Positions 59,910 through 64,000 of a DNA stretch of 64,000 nucleotides are shown piece after piece. Under the pieces are notes generated by a model that searched no databases, had not been told where the DNA came from, and saw nothing but the letters and a program-made list of their open reading frames with translations. The position numbers and the translations under genes are program-made. This stretch comes from Vicinamibacterales bacterium (GTDB lineage: Bacteria > Acidobacteriota > Vicinamibacteria > Vicinamibacterales > UBA8438), in contig OZ250139.1 in NCBI GenBank assembly GCA_965237405.1, positions 1,562,820 through 1,626,819 of the forward strand, read 5' to 3'. Every line of letters starts with the position of its first letter. Within the stretch, counting starts at the first letter, position 1.

Positions 59910-61077
59910 ATGGGCAGTCTCTACAAGAGGACGTACAAGACTTCGGACGGTGAGATCAGGGAGCGGCCAACTTGGTGGCTGAAGTATCACCAGAATGGCC
60001 GGGCGATTCGCGAGAGCACTGGCACCACCAAGGAGACCGTCGCCAAGCGGATGCTGCGGCTCCGGGAGGGCGACGTCGAGCGTGGCATTCCCGTCAACCC
60101 GCGCATGGACCGGCTGACGTTTAAAGAGACCGCCCAGGACGTGATCCACGACTACGAAACGAACGGCAAGAAGTCGCTTCGGGTGCTGCGCCAGCGCATC
60201 AATCACCTGCGGCCCTTCTTCGGCGAGGGCCGACGAATGGCCGGTGTTCGAGTCAGCGACATCCGCGCTTACATCGTGCACCGGCAACGCTCGTACATCG
60301 TGACCGGCATGGGTGACCACCAACGTAAACGGCAACCATCGAACGGCCAGATCAACCGGGAACTGACCACCTTGAAGCGGATGTCCAGCCTCGCTGTCCA
60401 GTCCAAGAAGCTGGCGCGGAAGCCCCACATCCCGCTACTAGCCGAGGCTCCGGCACGGTTCCGGGTTCTTCGAGCGGGAACAGCTGGACGCGGTGTGTCG
60501 GCATCTCCCCTCCCCTATTACGGCGGTGGTGCGGTTCGCCCACCTCACAGGGTGGCGGGTCAACTCGGAGGTCCTAGCCCTTCGATGGGCCAACGTCGAT
60601 TGGACCGGAGAGAGCATCCGCCTGGAGGCCGGTACGACGAAGAGCGGAGAGCCCCGCGTATTCCCGTTCACCGACGAACTTCGGGACCTCCTGCGCGAGC
60701 GATGGGCCGGGCACGAGGAACTGAGACGCTCGGGCACGATCTGCCCGTCCGTGTTCCATCGGGCCGGTAAGCCAATCAAGAGCTTCATCAAGATCTGGCG
60801 ATCCGCGTGCAGGGCCGCCGGCTGTCCGGGCCGCATCCCCCATGACCTCCGGCGAACAGCCGTCCGAAATCTCGAACGCGCCGGCGTGCCACGCTCCACG
60901 GCTATGGCGATGGTTGGACACAAGACTGAGTCCATCTACCACCGATATGCCATCGTTGACGAAACCTCCCGCCGGGAGGCGGCTCAAAAAGTGAACCTGT
61001 TTGGTCGCGAGAACAGTTCCGAACACCGCCCACCACTCAGCCGAGCCACCGGCACTGAGAAGCCCAGGGAAAGTTGA
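59910..61077 (+). pseudogene. int: Phage-type tyrosine integrase with a single +1 frameshift at ~60459
   Basis: N-part MGSLYKR..WWLKY..RESTGT..INRELTTLKR; removing one T gives APARSGFFEREQL, continuing to TGWR, TTK, HDLRR, GH and YHRY catalytic residues. Confidence 0.88.
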
Positions 61078-61108
61078 AAAGCGCCACCTTGGACCGGATG
61101 GCCCGCCC

Positions 61109-61130
61109 TGGGCACAGTTCCTGGCACAGT
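61109..61130 (+). promoter_or_regulatory. Putative integrase arm-type sites (GGCACAGT x2, 12-bp period)
   Basis: TGGGCACAGT-TC-CTGGCACAGT between int and the att core. Confidence 0.6.
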
Positions 61131-61184
61131 GACCCTCTCAGCCGGTCACCGGCGTCGAAAACCGTCGAAAACGCTGATGAAAAA

Positions 61185-61229
61185 TGGAGGCGCCGCCAGG
61201 ATTTGAACCGGGGATGGAGGTTTTGCAGT
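61185..61229 (-). repeat. att core: 3' half of tRNA-Cys(GCA), right island boundary
   Basis: Reverse complement ACTGCAAAACCTCCATCCCCGGTTCAAATCCTGGCGGCGCCTCCA; no D-arm or 5' acceptor strand adjacent. Confidence 0.88.
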
Positions 61230-61335
61230 CCCTCGCCACCCGCAAGAAACGTTCGAGAAAATGCTAGTTTCTGAACGAACTCGAACGACACCAGGTGCTG
61301 GAGTGAGCCAGAGTGAGCAGGAGTTGGCTCCTCGC

Positions 61336-61356
61336 GGGCATAGTTCTGGACATAGT
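61336..61356 (+). promoter_or_regulatory. Putative arm-type sites of the next island (GGGCATAGT / GGACATAGT)
   Basis: Same 12-bp period and similar offset from the att core as 51642..51663. Confidence 0.5.
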
Positions 61357-61454
61357 CTTTGCTGATTTAGACTAACCCTTATGGTTATGGTTGCTAATCT
61401 GTGAAATGATCTTGAACATATGTCGAGAGACGCCGATCTTACCGCCGCGACCGC

Positions 61455-63638
61455 TCACTTCTCGCAGACCCAGCCGCCGATCCCCTCACGCGTCTCGCCG
61501 CACGGGGCGCTATCAGCTGGCACGTCGTACGAGTAATACACCCTGAAGTCACTGCCGGCCTGTTTGTTGTAGTCGAACACGGCGATGGGATCACGCGGCT
61601 GGGTGTCGCGAGGCCTCATCCCCCAATTCATCGAGATCGACTCGGCGGGCCAATCGTTCCCCGCCTGTGGGCTAAAAGTCTCGAACACGGAGCTTCGCAC
61701 TTCCGCGGTCTTGACCGGCGCCCCACCGGCGGCGTTGGAGGTGTACGCCGTCGCAATGCTGACGCCGATCTGGCTCGCGAAATACCCGTTCTCGACCACC
61801 AATGAGCCGACCCCTCGTCCCGGTGCCGGCGTCTGGCCGTAGAAGAACGGACTGAGGACACCGACGCGCATGGCCTGCACATCGGCGCCGGTGACCTCAA
61901 CCTGTCTCGAGATGTAGTTGCCGATCGCGATACCGACAGGATTCTCCGCGGGGTCGTCGAGGACTGCGAGGTCGCCGCGGACCGTGACTGCACTGAGGGT
62001 GAGCTGATCCGGCGGGATGCCGTTGAAGCCGTGGTGCGAGGGGTGCCAGACCGTGAAGTTGGAGACCGCGCCGTTCCAGACCCACTCGAGGCCCGTCTCG
62101 AACCTGCCATACGCTTCGTTGTTCGTGAACTCGAGCACCGCTGCGGCGGTCATGTCGACGCGGACCCATTCATCCGCCTGGCTCGTATCGGCTCCCTTGA
62201 ACGCCGGGGTGCGGACACTGCGGAGTCCCTCCGGCAGTGCGAACCCGTAGGTGGCGGCGCTGGCGGCGACGTTGTTGCGGATGTAGTTGTTCGGCCCGCG
62301 GAACCAAAAGCCCGCGCCCTCGATGCCGATGCCTCTCGTTGCCCCCGCGTACCCGGCACTAGACGCCGAGCTGCGCTGTCCCGCCGACTGGAGGGAGAAG
62401 TTATGGTCGAACACGTTGAAGCTCTCGCTCCCATCCTCGGTGGCGATGCCGGCGCCACGGGTGTCGTAAACGACGTTGTCCTGGATGAGGCCATAGTGGC
62501 TGCGATGAACTGTGATACCCCATTTGGGCGCACCTACGACGGCGTTGCCGATGAGCGTGAACTGGTGGCCGTTGGTCGGCGTTGTCCGTGGCCCGAACGC
62601 GTGGTGGAAGTGAACGGCATAGCGGCCGAGCTGATTCGACCCGAGTCGTCCCACTTGGCCGCGTGTATCGAAGCGCGTGCTATCGACCGCGCCATTCTTC
62701 GTGCGGCCGAGGTCTCTGAACGCCGCGTACCGAAGATCGACATCGGCACGTGAGATGAATATGGTGTGCCCGCGCGTGCCATCGGGGTTTTCTGAGCGCA
62801 CCGTCACGTTGCGGCTCAAATTGCCGACGTGCGGCAGCAGCTCCAGCTCGCCGCCCACGCTGCGGGCCCCACGGTGGTCAAACCTGAGCGGCGTGGCTAG
62901 CGTGACCGTGGTGCCGGAGACCGCCGCGATCTGAACCCTCTCTGTCTGCGACCGGTATCGATCCCCGCTCTCGCCGGCGCGGAGCTGCCGTGTGTCGGGG
63001 ATGACGACGTAGTCGCCAGGTGCCCACCCGGAGACGGGCTGCTCCACCTCGAGTGTCGTGTGACCCGCACGTGGCTCGCGGCTGAGCCGGACGAACGTCG
63101 GGGTCTTCTCCGCGCCATGCATGGTCACTTTTCCCAGGCCCACTAGGCCGTTCCCGACCTGGCCCGGATCCGTGCGAGGGTCGATCGGCTGGTCGGTGAT
63201 CGCAACCTCAGCCGTCACCCGATGGCCGATCGGTTGTGTTGAACTGCCGATCTCGAGATGGCCACCCTCGAGGACCATCAGGGTTCCGACGCGCATGCGA
63301 GTGTCGGCGTCAGTCGCGAAGGCCAGATGCCCCCGCACCTCGACGCAGTCCAACGTCGCGTCGGCGACAACGTCGTAGGTCACCTTGTGGGATGCCGCGA
63401 TCGCGACCTTGTCGCCCGCGGCGGGAACGGCGCCGGTCGACCAGACTTTCGAATCCGACCACGCGCCGCTACCGGCGCTCACGACAGTGGCGTTCGCGCA
63501 GAGCAACGGCACGCCGCGCGGCATGCCGCTCACCCTAGGCGTATGTGGGAGAGTGTCCTGTGCGACACCGAGGTCGGCAACGCTGAGGAGCATCCCCATC
63601 GCGCCCGCGAGTGGCAGTATGCGTCTTACGCCCATCAT
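61455..63638 (-). CDS. Secreted G8-domain protein with right-handed beta-helix repeats
   Basis: SGAWSDSKVWSTGAVPAAGDKVAI..VTYD G8 motif, VGNLSRNVTVRS, LGRYAVHFHH, ITVHRS and EDGSE; start placed at ATG 63638 before the signal peptide (ORF track starts at 63863). Confidence 0.85.
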   Translation of the reverse strand: MMGVRRILPLAGAMGMLLSVADLGVAQDTLPHTPRVSGMPRGVPLLCANATVVSAGSGAWSDSKVWSTGAVPAAGDKVAIAASHKVTYDVVADATLDCVEVRGHLAFATDADTRMRVGTLMVLEGGHLEIGSSTQPIGHRVTAEVAITDQPIDPRTDPGQVGNGLVGLGKVTMHGAEKTPTFVRLSREPRAGHTTLEVEQPVSGWAPGDYVVIPDTRQLRAGESGDRYRSQTERVQIAAVSGTTVTLATPLRFDHRGARSVGGELELLPHVGNLSRNVTVRSENPDGTRGHTIFISRADVDLRYAAFRDLGRTKNGAVDSTRFDTRGQVGRLGSNQLGRYAVHFHHAFGPRTTPTNGHQFTLIGNAVVGAPKWGITVHRSHYGLIQDNVVYDTRGAGIATEDGSESFNVFDHNFSLQSAGQRSSASSAGYAGATRGIGIEGAGFWFRGPNNYIRNNVAASAATYGFALPEGLRSVRTPAFKGADTSQADEWVRVDMTAAAVLEFTNNEAYGRFETGLEWVWNGAVSNFTVWHPSHHGFNGIPPDQLTLSAVTVRGDLAVLDDPAENPVGIAIGNYISRQVEVTGADVQAMRVGVLSPFFYGQTPAPGRGVGSLVVENGYFASQIGVSIATAYTSNAAGGAPVKTAEVRSSVFETFSPQAGNDWPAESISMNWGMRPRDTQPRDPIAVFDYNKQAGSDFRVYYSYDVPADSAPCGETREGIGGWVCEK

Positions 63639-63817
63639 CGCAGGCAGGTTGGCAGGGTCACCGGTAGTCGTTGACCCGTCTGACACAGCAGGCCTGATGT
63701 CCGATCGACTGAATATACGAACACTTCGTCGCTCTCGGTCGTCGCCGCCAGCACCCAGCGGCGAAGGATCGATAGGCAGTGACGGTCCTCGCGGCGGGCG
63801 TGTGCGCCAGCTGATTT

Positions 63818-64000
63818 CTACGGCACCGGCGTTGTCCAGGGCCGCGGCCTCCCGGGCTGCCAATCTGCGGGCGGCTCGGTGTAACGCGATCGATGCGGCA
63901 TGACCACCCTGGGCAGGCTGTCGGCATCCATCACGTCCTCTTCCTCGATCAGGCCGTTGCGATGAAGGAGCAGCGCAGTCAGCGCGTAGGACTCGTCGTC
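63818..64000 (-). CDS. C-terminal end of a probable cytochrome c (SoxD-like), partial
   Basis: DDESYALTALLLHRNGLIEEEDVMDADSLPRVVMP resembles the tail of that cytochrome family; the gene continues beyond the window and the heme motif is not visible. Confidence 0.6.
   Translation of the reverse strand, partial: DDESYALTALLLHRNGLIEEEDVMDADSLPRVVMPHRSRYTEPPADWQPGRPRPWTTPVP

Larger units (their letters stand above)
51492..61229. mobile_element. tRNA-Cys-targeted genomic island (~9.7 kb), decayed
   Basis: Flanking 45-bp direct repeats, putative arm-site repeats, tyrosine integrase next to the right att, xis remnant and RHH gene. Confidence 0.85.

Noticed and set aside
51671-61077. Canonical integron (attC array plus IntI) or XerC/D dif modules
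   Set aside because: The element has GTTRRRY but no long imperfect palindrome or L boxes. The integrase has a phage-type N-terminal arm domain and no visible IntI insertion. The element does not fit the 11-6-11 dif consensus.
51492-61229. Functional tRNA-Cys genes at 51492 and 61185
   Set aside because: Both lack the 5' acceptor strand and D-arm; they are att duplications.

Overview
GC-rich bacterial chromosome segment. Its gene content (many secreted PQQ beta-propellers, DUF1592/DUF1552 with ankyrin, DUF5916, VWA, TonB-C and Sel1 proteins) resembles Acidobacteriota of the Vicinamibacterales type; this is an inference. Positions 1-51.4 kb hold mostly secreted or periplasmic enzymes and uncharacterised families, one tRNA-Phe(GAA), a decayed PQQ dehydrogenase, a subclass B3 metallo-beta-lactamase and an RRM gene that appears to start at ATT. 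Positions 51.5-61.2 kb form a genomic island bounded by two 45-bp copies of the tRNA-Cys 3' half, with putative integrase arm sites, a frameshifted tyrosine integrase, an RHH gene and a 5'-truncated excisionase. Inside the island, unrelated genes (macrodomain, SNase nuclease, Sel1 repeat protein, Cas4/AddB-like nuclease) are separated by copies of a ~26-45 bp element, consensus (GCCGCGCACCCGCGTGAGCC)GTAACCCCCGTCCCCGTTGAACCGCC. In several copies this element supplies the stop codon of the upstream gene and the -35 box of a promoter for the next gene. This cassette-like array is not a CRISPR or a canonical integron and is the strongest candidate for an undescribed system. A second island probably starts at 61.2 kb (G8-domain protein, cytochrome c). 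All calls are by eye from motifs; no database searches were run.
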